Below, one piece after another: positions 38,825-49,491 of a stretch of DNA of 64,000 nt. A program made the translations under genes and the position numbers. Origin of the DNA: a virus; the IMG/VR virus record IMGVR_UViG_3300042484_001802, one strand, 5' to 3'. The notes beneath the pieces are model-generated. The model was not told the DNA's origin. It worked only from the letters and a program-made list of their open reading frames with translations, and did not search any database. The stretch's first letter is position 1. Each line of letters starts with the position of its first letter.

Positions 38825-40214
38825 AAAATTAGGTATCATAGTACCCTATAGAGATAGGGAAAAGCATTTGGAAGAATTTAAAAAAAGGATGTCTAGGTAT
38901 TTTAAAAACTTAGACATTCCTTATGAAATTATAATTGTTCACCAAGATAATGCTAAACTTTTTAATAGAGGCATGCTTTTAAACATTGGGTTTAAGCATG
39001 CTGAAAATTTAAAATGTGACTATGTTGTTTTTCATGATGTTGACATGTTACCATTACATGTTGATTATAGTTACTCTGATGTTCCATTACATTTAGTGAC
39101 CAATTTTAGTGAAATAAAAAAGGTTAAAGCCAAGGAAATCTTTGATGAATATTTTGGTGGTGTAACTTTATTTCCAATGGACTTATTCAATAAAGTTAAC
39201 GGGTTTTCTAACAAATATTGGGGTTGGGGTTACGAAGACACAGATTTATTATTACGTTGCATTAAAAAAAATATACCATTAGATTCTGTTAAATTAACTA
39301 ATTCAAGACCTAAAGGTAAATCTTTAAAATTTAACGGTGTAAATGCGTATATTAAAGGTAAAAATAATATAGATTTAAATAAACCTCAAACAATTTTCGT
39401 CTCTTTTTATCCTGATAAAATAATGTTTGACCATACTAAGGTTGTTGATGATTATAACATTTTTACAATACCTGGATATGATACCGCTTTTAGTTACAAT
39501 TCATTTTTAAGATACAACTTCTGCACTTTTAATCAAAAACATGATGCGTTATATGTTAATTCAAAGATAAAAACGAATTATAAAACCAACATGTGTGTCA
39601 CTATTGATACAAATAAAATTTGTGTTTACCAAGATGGTATTTTAATAGATAAAATTGGGAATTCAGAAAAATTGTTAAAATACAAAAATGAAAAGTTTTT
39701 TTATTTGGGTTCAAGTAAACCAGATAGCGATGAACCAAAATTTTTCAAAGGATATATCGATGCGTTTGCAATAATTCCAGAAGTATTATCTGATGAAGAT
39801 GTTTTTAATTTATCACAAAATTCAGCATACTTTTTAAACAAGGTTTGTGATTCCTTATCAATATATTATGACGCTAATTTTATTGAAAACTATAAATTAA
39901 CTGATTTATCGGGAAATGATAATGATGGTGAAATTGTAAATTGTAATATTGTTGATTTGGACATTGAAGAATATAAAATAGTTAAAATACCACATAGAAG
40001 AGATTGTACTTTTTATTTACTGGATCACGAAGAAAATGGTTTTTTAAATAATAGATGGAAAACAGATGCAACAAGGTGGAATCAATTAAGATTTCATAAT
40101 GAAGTTTCAAAGAATGATAAACTATTGGAAAATGATGGTTTATCTGATTTAAAATATACAAAACACGGCATAAAAGTCGTAGATAATATAACACACATTA
40201 ACGTTGGAATATGA
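38817..40214 (+). CDS. GT7 (beta-1,4-galactosyltransferase-like) with an inserted LamG-like domain
   Basis: IIVPYRDR, FNRGMLLNIG, FHDVD, YFGGV, NGFSNKYWGWGYED; insert SLKFNG...VYQDG...FKGYID; then the GT7 C-terminus DGLSDLKY. Confidence 0.85.
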   Translation: MVKKLGIIVPYRDREKHLEEFKKRMSRYFKNLDIPYEIIIVHQDNAKLFNRGMLLNIGFKHAENLKCDYVVFHDVDMLPLHVDYSYSDVPLHLVTNFSEIKKVKAKEIFDEYFGGVTLFPMDLFNKVNGFSNKYWGWGYEDTDLLLRCIKKNIPLDSVKLTNSRPKGKSLKFNGVNAYIKGKNNIDLNKPQTIFVSFYPDKIMFDHTKVVDDYNIFTIPGYDTAFSYNSFLRYNFCTFNQKHDALYVNSKIKTNYKTNMCVTIDTNKICVYQDGILIDKIGNSEKLLKYKNEKFFYLGSSKPDSDEPKFFKGYIDAFAIIPEVLSDEDVFNLSQNSAYFLNKVCDSLSIYYDANFIENYKLTDLSGNDNDGEIVNCNIVDLDIEEYKIVKIPHRRDCTFYLLDHEENGFLNNRWKTDATRWNQLRFHNEVSKNDKLLENDGLSDLKYTKHGIKVVDNITHINVGI

Positions 40215-41641
40215 ACCATAAATTAGGTATTTGTGTACCCTATAGAAATAGAAAAGAACACCTTGATAGATTAATCCCACATTTATCTAAACATTTAGAT
40301 TCCCAAGGAATTGATTATAAATTTTATGTTGCACATCAAGTAGATGACAAACTTTTTAACAGAGGTGCAATGAAAAATATTGCAGCTAAACACGCATTAG
40401 AAGATGGTTGTGATTATATTGCTTGGCACGACGTGGATATGTTGACGTTTGAAGATAGTGATTATTCATATCCAGAAGAAACTCCGATTCATATTGCAAC
40501 TATGTTGTCAAAATACAATTATGGTATAAACTATGATCAATACTTTGGCGGAGTAGTGTTGTTTAATAAAGAACATTTAGAAAAAACAAATGGGTACTCA
40601 AACGACTATTGGGATTGGGGTATGGAAGACGATGATTTGTTTTGGAGATGTTATTATGAAAATTATACAACAGGAAAAATAAAACGTTCATATACCAATA
40701 AACAATACGCGGAATTTAATGGCGTTACATCTAAAATAGAAATACCAAGTACTAGGGAATTAGTTAATTTATTACATAATGACCACACAATTTCTATTTT
40801 ATTTAATGCGGAACAACAACAAGAAAAGGTTCCAATTTGGATGATTGGTGATGAACAAAAACGCTTCATTGAATACCCCATATTTAGAAAAACCGGAGGG
40901 TATAATTACGGTTTATCTTTTAATAATTCTAGGGCAGTTACAATGTGTTTGTTTAACGAAAGAAGACAAACAATCTACAATTGGCTGAAAAGATTTGAAA
41001 ACATGTGGACGTGGGTTACACTAACATATAATAAAGAAGAGGAACGAATATTCTTTTATCTAAATGATGAATTTGGTCGGAATATGAATGGAATCAAAGA
41101 AGACGCTTATTTCCCAGCGTTTGGTAAACTTCTTAGGTACAATACAACAACTCCATTTTATTTAGGACACGATTCAGACATGAACACATTCTTTAAGGGT
41201 AAAATAGCCGAAATTAAGATATATGACAAGTTTTTTCCACACGTTGATATCGGTCAAGTGTTTGATACTGAGAAAGATGGGTTAATTTTACATCACGATT
41301 TCTCAAATAGAGAAAATAATGTTATATTTGATAATGTGGATGCTCACGAATGTATTGGAACCGATATTGTTTATGGTTCAGAGGATGTTGATGTGATTGA
41401 AAACGTAGTACCATTTAGACGAGAGGGTAAATTTTATTGTTTACCACACGTAGATGAAGGGTTTGTTGGTGGAAGATGGGCTAAGGGTGAAACCACAGCT
41501 AAAAACGAAAAAAGATTTGTTACAGAAATGCAACAGAAAAAAATAAATTACAAAGACGATGGGTTGTCAACATTAAAATATGAATTGGTTAGCGTTGAAA
41601 ACTATAGTAACAAATGTGTAATGATAAACACAAAATTATAA
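40211..41641 (+). CDS. Second GT7 with an inserted LamG-like domain
   Basis: VPYRNR, FNRGAMKN, WHDVD, YFGGV, NGYSNDYWDWGMEDDD; insert EFNG...WVTLTY...FKGKIAEIKIYD; C-terminal DGLSTLKY. Confidence 0.85.
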   Translation: MNHKLGICVPYRNRKEHLDRLIPHLSKHLDSQGIDYKFYVAHQVDDKLFNRGAMKNIAAKHALEDGCDYIAWHDVDMLTFEDSDYSYPEETPIHIATMLSKYNYGINYDQYFGGVVLFNKEHLEKTNGYSNDYWDWGMEDDDLFWRCYYENYTTGKIKRSYTNKQYAEFNGVTSKIEIPSTRELVNLLHNDHTISILFNAEQQQEKVPIWMIGDEQKRFIEYPIFRKTGGYNYGLSFNNSRAVTMCLFNERRQTIYNWLKRFENMWTWVTLTYNKEEERIFFYLNDEFGRNMNGIKEDAYFPAFGKLLRYNTTTPFYLGHDSDMNTFFKGKIAEIKIYDKFFPHVDIGQVFDTEKDGLILHHDFSNRENNVIFDNVDAHECIGTDIVYGSEDVDVIENVVPFRREGKFYCLPHVDEGFVGGRWAKGETTAKNEKRFVTEMQQKKINYKDDGLSTLKYELVSVENYSNKCVMINTKL

Positions 41642-41642
41642 A

Positions 41643-43058
41643 ATGGCGAAGAAAAAAATTAATAAGGGTGAGAATCCTTTATATGTTGACACAAAAGACA
41701 AACTAGATAAAATAGGTCCGGGTATGTGTTTGGCAAAATGGACACAAGTTACGATACATTTACAAAATGGTCATAACCACTCTTGCCATCACCCTACGAC
41801 TCATAAAATATCTGATAAGGAAATTATTAGAAATCCATCAGCTCTACATAATACTCGATATAAGAAAGAGAAAAGAAGAGAAATGTTGGAGGGTAAAAGA
41901 CCTGAAGAATGTGATTATTGCTGGAGTGTAGAAGATAACTCTGATAGTTTCTCTGATCGTGTTTTCAAGTCAAGTGAGAAATGGTCTTTACCACACTATG
42001 ATGCAATTGCAAATTCTGACTGGAGAGATGACATCAACCCAAAGTATGTTGAGGTAGCATTTTCCAATGCGTGTAACTTTAAATGTTCATATTGTGCACC
42101 ACAGTTCTCGTCACAATGGACGGCTGAAATTGAAAAATTTGGTGGTTACAAAACAAGCACAAAGTTTAATGATCCAGAGCACATGTTAAGGGAAAACACC
42201 AAACCGTTCTTACATACGGATAGTAATCCATACGTTGATGCTTTTTGGAAATGGTGGCCGGATTTATATCGTGACTTATATACGTTTAGAATCACTGGAG
42301 GAGAACCGCTATTATCAAAAGATACTTGGGGTGTTTTAGATTATATCATAGAACAAAAAGAACCAAATAGAGAATTGAATTTAGCTATTAATTCAAATCT
42401 AGGTGTGCCAGACAAACTGATAGATGAATTTATTGAAAAAATATCAAGAATTACCGAAGAAAATCGTGTAAAAGAATTTGTTATTTTCACATCATGCGAT
42501 GCCTGGGGAGAACAAGCTGAGTACATTAGAAATGGTTTAGTGTTTAATAGGTTTTGGGATAATGTGAATAAAATACTTAGTAAGTGTCCTAGAGTAACTT
42601 TAACGTTCATGGTGACATATAATGCGTTATCAGTGTTCTCATTTAATAAATTAATTAAAGGGGTATACGATTTAAAAAACGAATATGGCTCCAAGCAAAG
42701 ATATTGGGATTCCGCAGTTTTCTTGGACACATCATACCTAAGATATCCATTTCATCAAGCAGTTCAAGTGTTACCATATCAATTTTCTAATAATGTTTTA
42801 GAACAAGCAATTAATGCTGAGTTCTTAGGTACATTGGAATTTACAAATAACTATATTGGTTACACTGATATTGAAATTCAAAAATTAAAAAGGATATATG
42901 ATTGGATGATATCACCACAAGATGCAAATAAACAAATGGCGAATAGAAAAGATTTTCACACGTTTTTCACTGAACACGATAGAAGACGTGGAACCGATTT
43001 CCTTAAAACCTTTCCAGAACTAGAAGAGTTCTATAACTTTTGTGGAACCATAAAATAA
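41643..43058 (+). CDS. Radical SAM protein with an N-terminal auxiliary Cys cluster
   Basis: CNFKCSYC, TGGEP; N-terminal C...SCHH...CDYC. Confidence 0.9.
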   Translation: MAKKKINKGENPLYVDTKDKLDKIGPGMCLAKWTQVTIHLQNGHNHSCHHPTTHKISDKEIIRNPSALHNTRYKKEKRREMLEGKRPEECDYCWSVEDNSDSFSDRVFKSSEKWSLPHYDAIANSDWRDDINPKYVEVAFSNACNFKCSYCAPQFSSQWTAEIEKFGGYKTSTKFNDPEHMLRENTKPFLHTDSNPYVDAFWKWWPDLYRDLYTFRITGGEPLLSKDTWGVLDYIIEQKEPNRELNLAINSNLGVPDKLIDEFIEKISRITEENRVKEFVIFTSCDAWGEQAEYIRNGLVFNRFWDNVNKILSKCPRVTLTFMVTYNALSVFSFNKLIKGVYDLKNEYGSKQRYWDSAVFLDTSYLRYPFHQAVQVLPYQFSNNVLEQAINAEFLGTLEFTNNYIGYTDIEIQKLKRIYDWMISPQDANKQMANRKDFHTFFTEHDRRRGTDFLKTFPELEEFYNFCGTIK

Positions 43059-43063
43059 TAACT

Positions 43064-43798
43064 ATGAATTTAACAGTTAAACATAAGAAACCGTATTCAA
43101 TTGTTCCATTAGACAAATACAATATTTGTAAATACACTGCAAACCCTGTAATGAATGAAAAATCTTACACGTTATTTGTTGATGTTAAAATAAATAAAGA
43201 TGAGTGTGATAAAGAAGCTGGAATAATTGTTAGACCAGGTATGCACGCTGGGTTTTTATTTGCACAACCTAATCTTCTAAAGTTTGGTTTCTGGTTTTTT
43301 AAAAATGATGAGCCAATTTATAAAGAGGTTTTCAAATTATTAACTGACGATGATTTTGATGAACATTTGTTTTGTGTAGCAACCGATGACGCAGATACAA
43401 AGATTATAAAAGTATACGTTAATAGCAATTTAATTGGTGAGATTGATTACAGTGAATATGATAGAAAACACAGCTACGTTGGTACACCTTATTATTTTGG
43501 TGTCGCTAATCCATTCTTAGTTGCTAGACCTTTTGATTACTATGGTTCGTTTAATTATAGATTTGCTGGGTTATTGGATATGATTGTTGAGGATATCGAG
43601 GAATTAAAACAAATTCATGAACACGTCACAGTACACCCAAGATTGGAGTACAACATATTCAAAGAAGATTACAAGTATAAACCAAATTTTGTTTTTTACT
43701 TTGATTTTGAAAACCAAAGTAACTACAAGGTTTGGGATGTTTCAGAAAACAATAATTTTCTATGTAAGATTTTAGATAGAGACAATAATTTAATTTAA
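43064..43798 (+). CDS. Stand-alone LamG-like beta-sandwich protein
   Basis: Likely start is ATG 43064; KVYVNS, PYYFG and FYFDF resemble the GT7 inserts. Confidence 0.5.
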   Translation: MNLTVKHKKPYSIVPLDKYNICKYTANPVMNEKSYTLFVDVKINKDECDKEAGIIVRPGMHAGFLFAQPNLLKFGFWFFKNDEPIYKEVFKLLTDDDFDEHLFCVATDDADTKIIKVYVNSNLIGEIDYSEYDRKHSYVGTPYYFGVANPFLVARPFDYYGSFNYRFAGLLDMIVEDIEELKQIHEHVTVHPRLEYNIFKEDYKYKPNFVFYFDFENQSNYKVWDVSENNNFLCKILDRDNNLI

Positions 43799-43806
43799 CA
43801 TATTTT

Positions 43807-44436
43807 ATGATTAAGAATTTAGAACAATACGAAATTGTTAAAGATCCACAATACACCAAAGAAGATTTGGTTAATTTTGAAACCTTAATTAGCGAACACT
43901 GGGAAGGTGGTAAGATTAGAGGACCAGTGCATTTATCTGACGGTAATGAAGAACCGTTAATTGAAATTTTTAAAAGAGTAAAAAAAACCGATTGGGTATT
44001 TTCAACTTGGCGCTCACACTACCACGCATTACTCAAAGGTATTTCTCCGGTTTGGTTAGAAGAAGAAATCTTGGCCGGTAAGTCAATTACCATCTGTAAC
44101 ATACCAGAAAGATTCTACGCGTCAGCAATCGTTGGTGGAATACTACCAATTGCTTTAGGTGTTGCAAAAGGAATTAAAATGAGTGGTGGAGATGAAAAAG
44201 TGTGGTGTTGTATTGGTGATATGACATTTGAAAGCGGATTATTCTATGAAGTACACAAATACGCTAGACGCTTTGATTTACCATTACATTTTATTGTTGA
44301 GGATAACGATAAATCGACCAACACACCAACATTGGCTGCTTGGAAAGAAAAGCGTGAACTACCAGACGATGTAATATACTACAAATACGAATCAAAATAC
44401 CCTCACTATGGAACTGGAAAGTGGATTAACTTTTAA
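43807..44436 (+). CDS. TPP-dependent dehydrogenase E1 alpha-like subunit (short)
   Basis: GPVHLSDGNE, STWRSHYH, SAIVGG, GDMTFESG...EDN TPP-binding motif. Confidence 0.85.
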   Translation: MIKNLEQYEIVKDPQYTKEDLVNFETLISEHWEGGKIRGPVHLSDGNEEPLIEIFKRVKKTDWVFSTWRSHYHALLKGISPVWLEEEILAGKSITICNIPERFYASAIVGGILPIALGVAKGIKMSGGDEKVWCCIGDMTFESGLFYEVHKYARRFDLPLHFIVEDNDKSTNTPTLAAWKEKRELPDDVIYYKYESKYPHYGTGKWINF

Positions 44437-45799
44437 AATAGCTTACGACTATTGGAATCCAATTACAAATATGCCCTTCCCTAACGGATGGGCAAAATTT
44501 TTAAGAGAGGATTTTATTGAGAACGGCAAACACAATCCACAACATCACTATTCATCTACACATAGCGAACTTAACAATCAGTTTAAGTATAGAAATAGAG
44601 AAGACGTTGGTGGAATTCACATCATAACCGAAAAATATGATGAGGATATCACCTATTTCTATTTACTAGAAGGTGTGGGATGTGATTTCCGCCTTTTCAT
44701 GGACATTAGTCAGGATAATCGATATAGCACACTCCTTATTAAAAATATGAGCGCTAAGGCGCTTAAAATGGCTCAGGATGGACAGTTAAAAATTGTTATT
44801 AACTATTCACACGAACCCATAGGTGATGATTTGTTATTTGACCTAATTGGTGAGTTTTGTTCTAAAAATGGAATACCAGAAAAAAATATTATGTTTTTCA
44901 CTGGGTGTATGAATATCAATCATTTGTGTCAACAAAGTTTATCAAAATATAAGTTTAAAGTTTACACGGATAATGTTGTTATGTCAACTTCTGGACAATC
45001 ACTTAGGAATCTGATGGATGGTGGAAAACATAACGAATTAAACTATGAAACGACCTTAATAACGGAATCTGAAATTGAAACAGACGTTAGAGATAAACAT
45101 TTTATTTGTTTAAATAGAAATAGCCATAAAGGACATCGATTAAATCTTGGATTGTTTGTTGAAAGTGAAAATCTATGGGATAAATTCTATATTAGTTTTT
45201 TAGAGGATCTTAAATCACATGATAGAATCCATAACACCACACACGGGTTTAGAAATATGGAGTTTAGAAATCAATTACTAGACGCATTACCTGATTTTAT
45301 AAAAAAAACACCGTTAGAACTTGATACACAATCACTTAACGATGAACAAAGAATGTGTTTTAGTGTTGTGAGAGCGTATCGTAAAGATTTATATCTGAAC
45401 AGTTACATTTACGTGGTTACAGAAACCAAATTTGATAAACATATCTATTTTTCAGAGAAAATCTGTAATCCAATGATAGTTCTACAACCGTTCATTGTAT
45501 TTGGTGCAGCACACTTCTTAAAATACCTTAAAAAACTTGGATTCAAAACATTTAGTCCGTTTATTGATGAGACATATGATGATGAAGAAAATGATGAAAA
45601 AAGATTGATATTACTATGTAATTTAATCAAAAAATTAAGTAAATTGGGTAGGTTAGAAATACATGAATGGTATAACTCTATCAAGGACATATTAGTCCAC
45701 AATAGAAACTTACTTTATCAAATGTCGTTCAATAATAATTTCGAAAACAGGTTTATAGAAACTTTAAATTATGAAAAAAATATTAATAACAGGGTGTAA
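44408..45799 (+). CDS. Putative GT-B glycosyltransferase (GT10-like [ST]EK motif), paralogue A
   Basis: FICLNR...HR, VVTET...FSEKICNP...QPFIVFG...LKKLGFKTF...IDETYD. Confidence 0.5.
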   Translation: MELESGLTFKIAYDYWNPITNMPFPNGWAKFLREDFIENGKHNPQHHYSSTHSELNNQFKYRNREDVGGIHIITEKYDEDITYFYLLEGVGCDFRLFMDISQDNRYSTLLIKNMSAKALKMAQDGQLKIVINYSHEPIGDDLLFDLIGEFCSKNGIPEKNIMFFTGCMNINHLCQQSLSKYKFKVYTDNVVMSTSGQSLRNLMDGGKHNELNYETTLITESEIETDVRDKHFICLNRNSHKGHRLNLGLFVESENLWDKFYISFLEDLKSHDRIHNTTHGFRNMEFRNQLLDALPDFIKKTPLELDTQSLNDEQRMCFSVVRAYRKDLYLNSYIYVVTETKFDKHIYFSEKICNPMIVLQPFIVFGAAHFLKYLKKLGFKTFSPFIDETYDDEENDEKRLILLCNLIKKLSKLGRLEIHEWYNSIKDILVHNRNLLYQMSFNNNFENRFIETLNYEKNINNRV

Positions 45800-47675
45800 C
45801 GGTTTGGTAGGTACACATTTAGTTAAGAAATGCACAAACATGGGCTATGACGTTATTGGCGTGGACATTACCCCAGTAACCAATTTACAAAATGTAAATA
45901 ACTTTAAGTTTATCCAAGCGGATTTAACAAAAGGAGATGTCATTGAGCAAATTTTCAATGAAAATAACTTAGATGCTGTGTTTAACACTTTTGGTGTTAA
46001 AGGTTCTCCATTAAAAGCGAAAAATCAGCCAGTATCTTTTTTATATCCATCATTTAAAATTAACACAGAGATTATTAACCAATGTGCTAAAAAACAAATT
46101 TGGTTAGTGTTTGTAAGTTCTGTTGGGGTATATGCACCTGCTGAAAAATTTGTTGAGGATACCGTATGGAGTACATTACCATCTGATGCGGATTGGTTCC
46201 CATCTTGGAGTAAAAGAATGGGTGAACTTTTGTTAGAAGCATATAAGGTTCAATACAATTATAATAATTGGGCTATTATTCGCCCAGCAAATATTTTTGG
46301 TGAGTATGATGATTTTGAAGGTAACGGAACAGTAATAGCATCCACAATTAAAAAGGTATTTGAAGCTAATAATGAAATTGAAGCATGGGGCGATGGTACA
46401 CCAATCAGAGATTTTGTATATGCTGGTGATGTTGCAGATGCTATTATTGATTTATACTTAAACGACAAGCGCATCACAGTTAACTTCGGTGCCGGTGAAG
46501 AAATTACTATCAAACAAATGATTGATACCGTTATCAAGGTAAGCGGTAAATCGTTGGCTGTTAAATGGGATTCAAGTAAACCTAATGGTGATATGAGAAG
46601 ACAAATGGATATCACCAAACAAAAGGAAAATAATTTATTACCAAAATTAGGTTTTGAAAATGCGATAAGTGAAACCTATTCACATTATAAAAAAACACAA
46701 CAAATGATAACTAAAAATTCTAAGATATTAATCACCGGTGGATCTGGATTAGTGGGCCAAAACTTAACCAATAAATTAGTTAGTGAGGGCTACAGAGATA
46801 TTCGCGTAACAATACACAGAAAAATGCCAAGAATACAACATCCTAATGTTGAATATCTAATGATTGATTTAGAAACAAGAGAAGGCGCTTTAGAAGCTAC
46901 TAAAAATGTTGATGCGGTGTTTCATTGCGCAGCATCCACATCTAATGCGGTAGATACTGTTGTTGATCCGTTGGCGCACGTTACACCGAATGTGGCGATG
47001 AATAATTTTCTTATTGACGCCGCCTGGAGAAATAAAGTTAAAAAATATATCTTCTTATCGTCAAATACAATATACCCACCAAAAGGTGATGAACCAGTGG
47101 TTGAAACCGATTTTGTATTCAGTGACATTTACCCAGTTTATTTCCCAGTCGGTTGGATGAAAAGATATGCGGAAATTCAATGTGAATTATATTCCAAATA
47201 CCTACCAGAAAAGATGGTTACAGTTATTGTTAGACCAGCAAATCTTTTTGGACCACATGACAAATATGATTTCAATAAATGTCATGTAACACCAGCAACA
47301 ATCAGAAAGGTTGCAGATAAACTGAATCCAATACCAGTATGGGGTGATGGGTTAGAAGTTAGAGATTTATTATTCATTGATGACTTTGTTGACGCGTTAT
47401 TATTAATCTTAGAGAAACAAGAAACACACGATGTGTTCAATGTTGGTTCAAATAAGGGGTATACCGTAAATGATGTGTTAACAACAATGAAAAACATTGC
47501 AGAATATGATGCACCAATTGAATATGTTCAAGGAAAACCATCAATGATTCCTGTTAGATATATTGATTCAAATAAAATTAATAAAGTACTTGGTTGGGAA
47601 CCTAAAACAGAACTATCTGTTGGACTTAAAAAGGCGTACGATTGGTATTTAACAAATAGAGAAGAATTTAATTAA
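45771..47675 (+). CDS. Tandem (two-domain) NAD-dependent epimerase/reductase, GDP-fucose synthase-like
   Basis: Two Rossmann motifs (TGCNGLVG, TGGSGLVG), two RPANxFG and two WGDGxxxRD motifs. Confidence 0.88.
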   Translation: MKKILITGCNGLVGTHLVKKCTNMGYDVIGVDITPVTNLQNVNNFKFIQADLTKGDVIEQIFNENNLDAVFNTFGVKGSPLKAKNQPVSFLYPSFKINTEIINQCAKKQIWLVFVSSVGVYAPAEKFVEDTVWSTLPSDADWFPSWSKRMGELLLEAYKVQYNYNNWAIIRPANIFGEYDDFEGNGTVIASTIKKVFEANNEIEAWGDGTPIRDFVYAGDVADAIIDLYLNDKRITVNFGAGEEITIKQMIDTVIKVSGKSLAVKWDSSKPNGDMRRQMDITKQKENNLLPKLGFENAISETYSHYKKTQQMITKNSKILITGGSGLVGQNLTNKLVSEGYRDIRVTIHRKMPRIQHPNVEYLMIDLETREGALEATKNVDAVFHCAASTSNAVDTVVDPLAHVTPNVAMNNFLIDAAWRNKVKKYIFLSSNTIYPPKGDEPVVETDFVFSDIYPVYFPVGWMKRYAEIQCELYSKYLPEKMVTVIVRPANLFGPHDKYDFNKCHVTPATIRKVADKLNPIPVWGDGLEVRDLLFIDDFVDALLLILEKQETHDVFNVGSNKGYTVNDVLTTMKNIAEYDAPIEYVQGKPSMIPVRYIDSNKINKVLGWEPKTELSVGLKKAYDWYLTNREEFN

Positions 47676-48712
47676 TGAAATACGTACTAACATCTGGATG
47701 CTCATTTACTAGGATAGGTTTCTTTAACGGAATGTCAGTTACTGGTGATTTTAAACAAATCCACAAACAAGGCAATCCTAACCTTTTTAAATGGACTGAT
47801 TGGTTACAAGAATCATTGGGTGAGGAGTATTCTGTAATCAATCTAGCGTCACAAACAAATGATAATGTTACAATCTCTAGAACGATATTTTATTGGGTTA
47901 ACGAGTTAATGAGTAAGGGTGTTAACCCAGAAGATATTCATGTGATTATTCAATGGAGCACACCACAAAGAACCAATTTTTATGTACCAAAGGATAAATT
48001 GCCGAGAGGTAAAGAATACTATGGACATACTAGTCATTATCTAAAAAATGATGACATATATGATAATGGTGTGTTTTATTTAACTGGCGGTTTTAATTTA
48101 CAAGATGCTAGTGAAAAGTTTAAACTTAGAGAACTACTAAAGGAGTATATCTATTACTATGGCGGTGATAATGGCATGGTTAACCAAACACTCGCCTGGT
48201 TAGAGAATTGGTCTAATCTTAAACTATTTTTTCAAAAACATAAAATAAAACACAATTACATTTCAATGTGTGATATCTTATCAGAATCAATGCAACGAAC
48301 TGGTTTTGGTTTTTACGCTGGACTTAAAGAGCACGAGTTTGAACGCGCTGTTTTGGATGAGAAACTAATTGCAGATACAAGCAAGGATCAATGTTGGTTA
48401 GAACAGAATGAGTTATTTAGACCGTATATAAATAACATAGGGCTATATGATGATTTTTGGTTATTTAAAACGCCTACACACAAGTATGGTGGATTATTAG
48501 AATGGACAATAAAAAATTATGATAAGGTTAATCTAGAAAAATACGTTAATTTTAACGAACACCAATTAGATGTTACAATCTATGAAGAATGTATTCAACA
48601 GAAAATTAATGAAAGAGATTATTTAAAATCCGGAAGATGGTACGGACATACATCATCAATAATGGCTAGAAAATTTGTAATTGAGGAATTACTACCAACA
48701 TTAAATTTATAA
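47675..48712 (+). CDS. SGNH/GDSL-like protein
   Basis: TSGCSFT, IQWS...R and a C-terminal GH. Confidence 0.5.
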   Translation: MKYVLTSGCSFTRIGFFNGMSVTGDFKQIHKQGNPNLFKWTDWLQESLGEEYSVINLASQTNDNVTISRTIFYWVNELMSKGVNPEDIHVIIQWSTPQRTNFYVPKDKLPRGKEYYGHTSHYLKNDDIYDNGVFYLTGGFNLQDASEKFKLRELLKEYIYYYGGDNGMVNQTLAWLENWSNLKLFFQKHKIKHNYISMCDILSESMQRTGFGFYAGLKEHEFERAVLDEKLIADTSKDQCWLEQNELFRPYINNIGLYDDFWLFKTPTHKYGGLLEWTIKNYDKVNLEKYVNFNEHQLDVTIYEECIQQKINERDYLKSGRWYGHTSSIMARKFVIEELLPTLNL

Positions 48713-48714
48713 AA

Positions 48715-49491
48715 ATGAATACATTAGTTGAAAATGGTTACATAATTGAAGATGCTAAAGATTTACTATCTGAAGAAGATTTTAAAGAACTAGATGGTTT
48801 ATGTGATGCTATAAGTGTCTCCGAAAAAAAACATACAAAATTTTATCAATTTGAATATTGTTTAACAAAAGAAGACGTAAATTATTTTGGTTTAACTGGC
48901 GAAAATTCTAGTGTTAAATTTTCAGATAGAATTGATGTTAGTGATAGTACAGAAAAAAAATTTTCAGTTGAAATGAAAAAAAAACTGATTCAAAAATACT
49001 TTGATTCGGTGCAAACATATGCTGAAAGTTTTTATGAAATAGATAGGTTTTCTTATTTATGTGATAAAATGTCACATGCAATTGCTGACAAATATTATTC
49101 ACATATTTTTAATTTAGATAATTTTAGAAAAAAAGAAATACACAGCACCACTCAAAGGATTGCAACATATGATGAAGATTGTCATATTGCTAAACATAAA
49201 GATGGTTTTAACAATAAAAGGTTATTTGTTATTTTAGTATACCTAAATAAAGAATGGGAAGATACCAATGGGGGAGATTTAGTTATTTACTCTAAAAACA
49301 ATGATAAAATTTCATTAACACCAAAAGCCCCAAGCGTTTGTGTTTTAGATTTCACAAAAAATAATTTAGAACATGAGGTGTTAAAAGTTATAGATGGTAC
49401 AAGATACACATATGTGTCTTTTTATGAGGTGTCAGAATCTTTAATGATAACAGACGAATGGAAAAAACACAAGATAAAAAAAATGATATAA
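48715..49491 (+). CDS. 2OG-Fe(II) oxygenase (prolyl-hydroxylase-like)
   Basis: HKD, YLNKEW...GGDL, HEV, RY. Confidence 0.85.
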   Translation: MNTLVENGYIIEDAKDLLSEEDFKELDGLCDAISVSEKKHTKFYQFEYCLTKEDVNYFGLTGENSSVKFSDRIDVSDSTEKKFSVEMKKKLIQKYFDSVQTYAESFYEIDRFSYLCDKMSHAIADKYYSHIFNLDNFRKKEIHSTTQRIATYDEDCHIAKHKDGFNNKRLFVILVYLNKEWEDTNGGDLVIYSKNNDKISLTPKAPSVCVLDFTKNNLEHEVLKVIDGTRYTYVSFYEVSESLMITDEWKKHKIKKMI

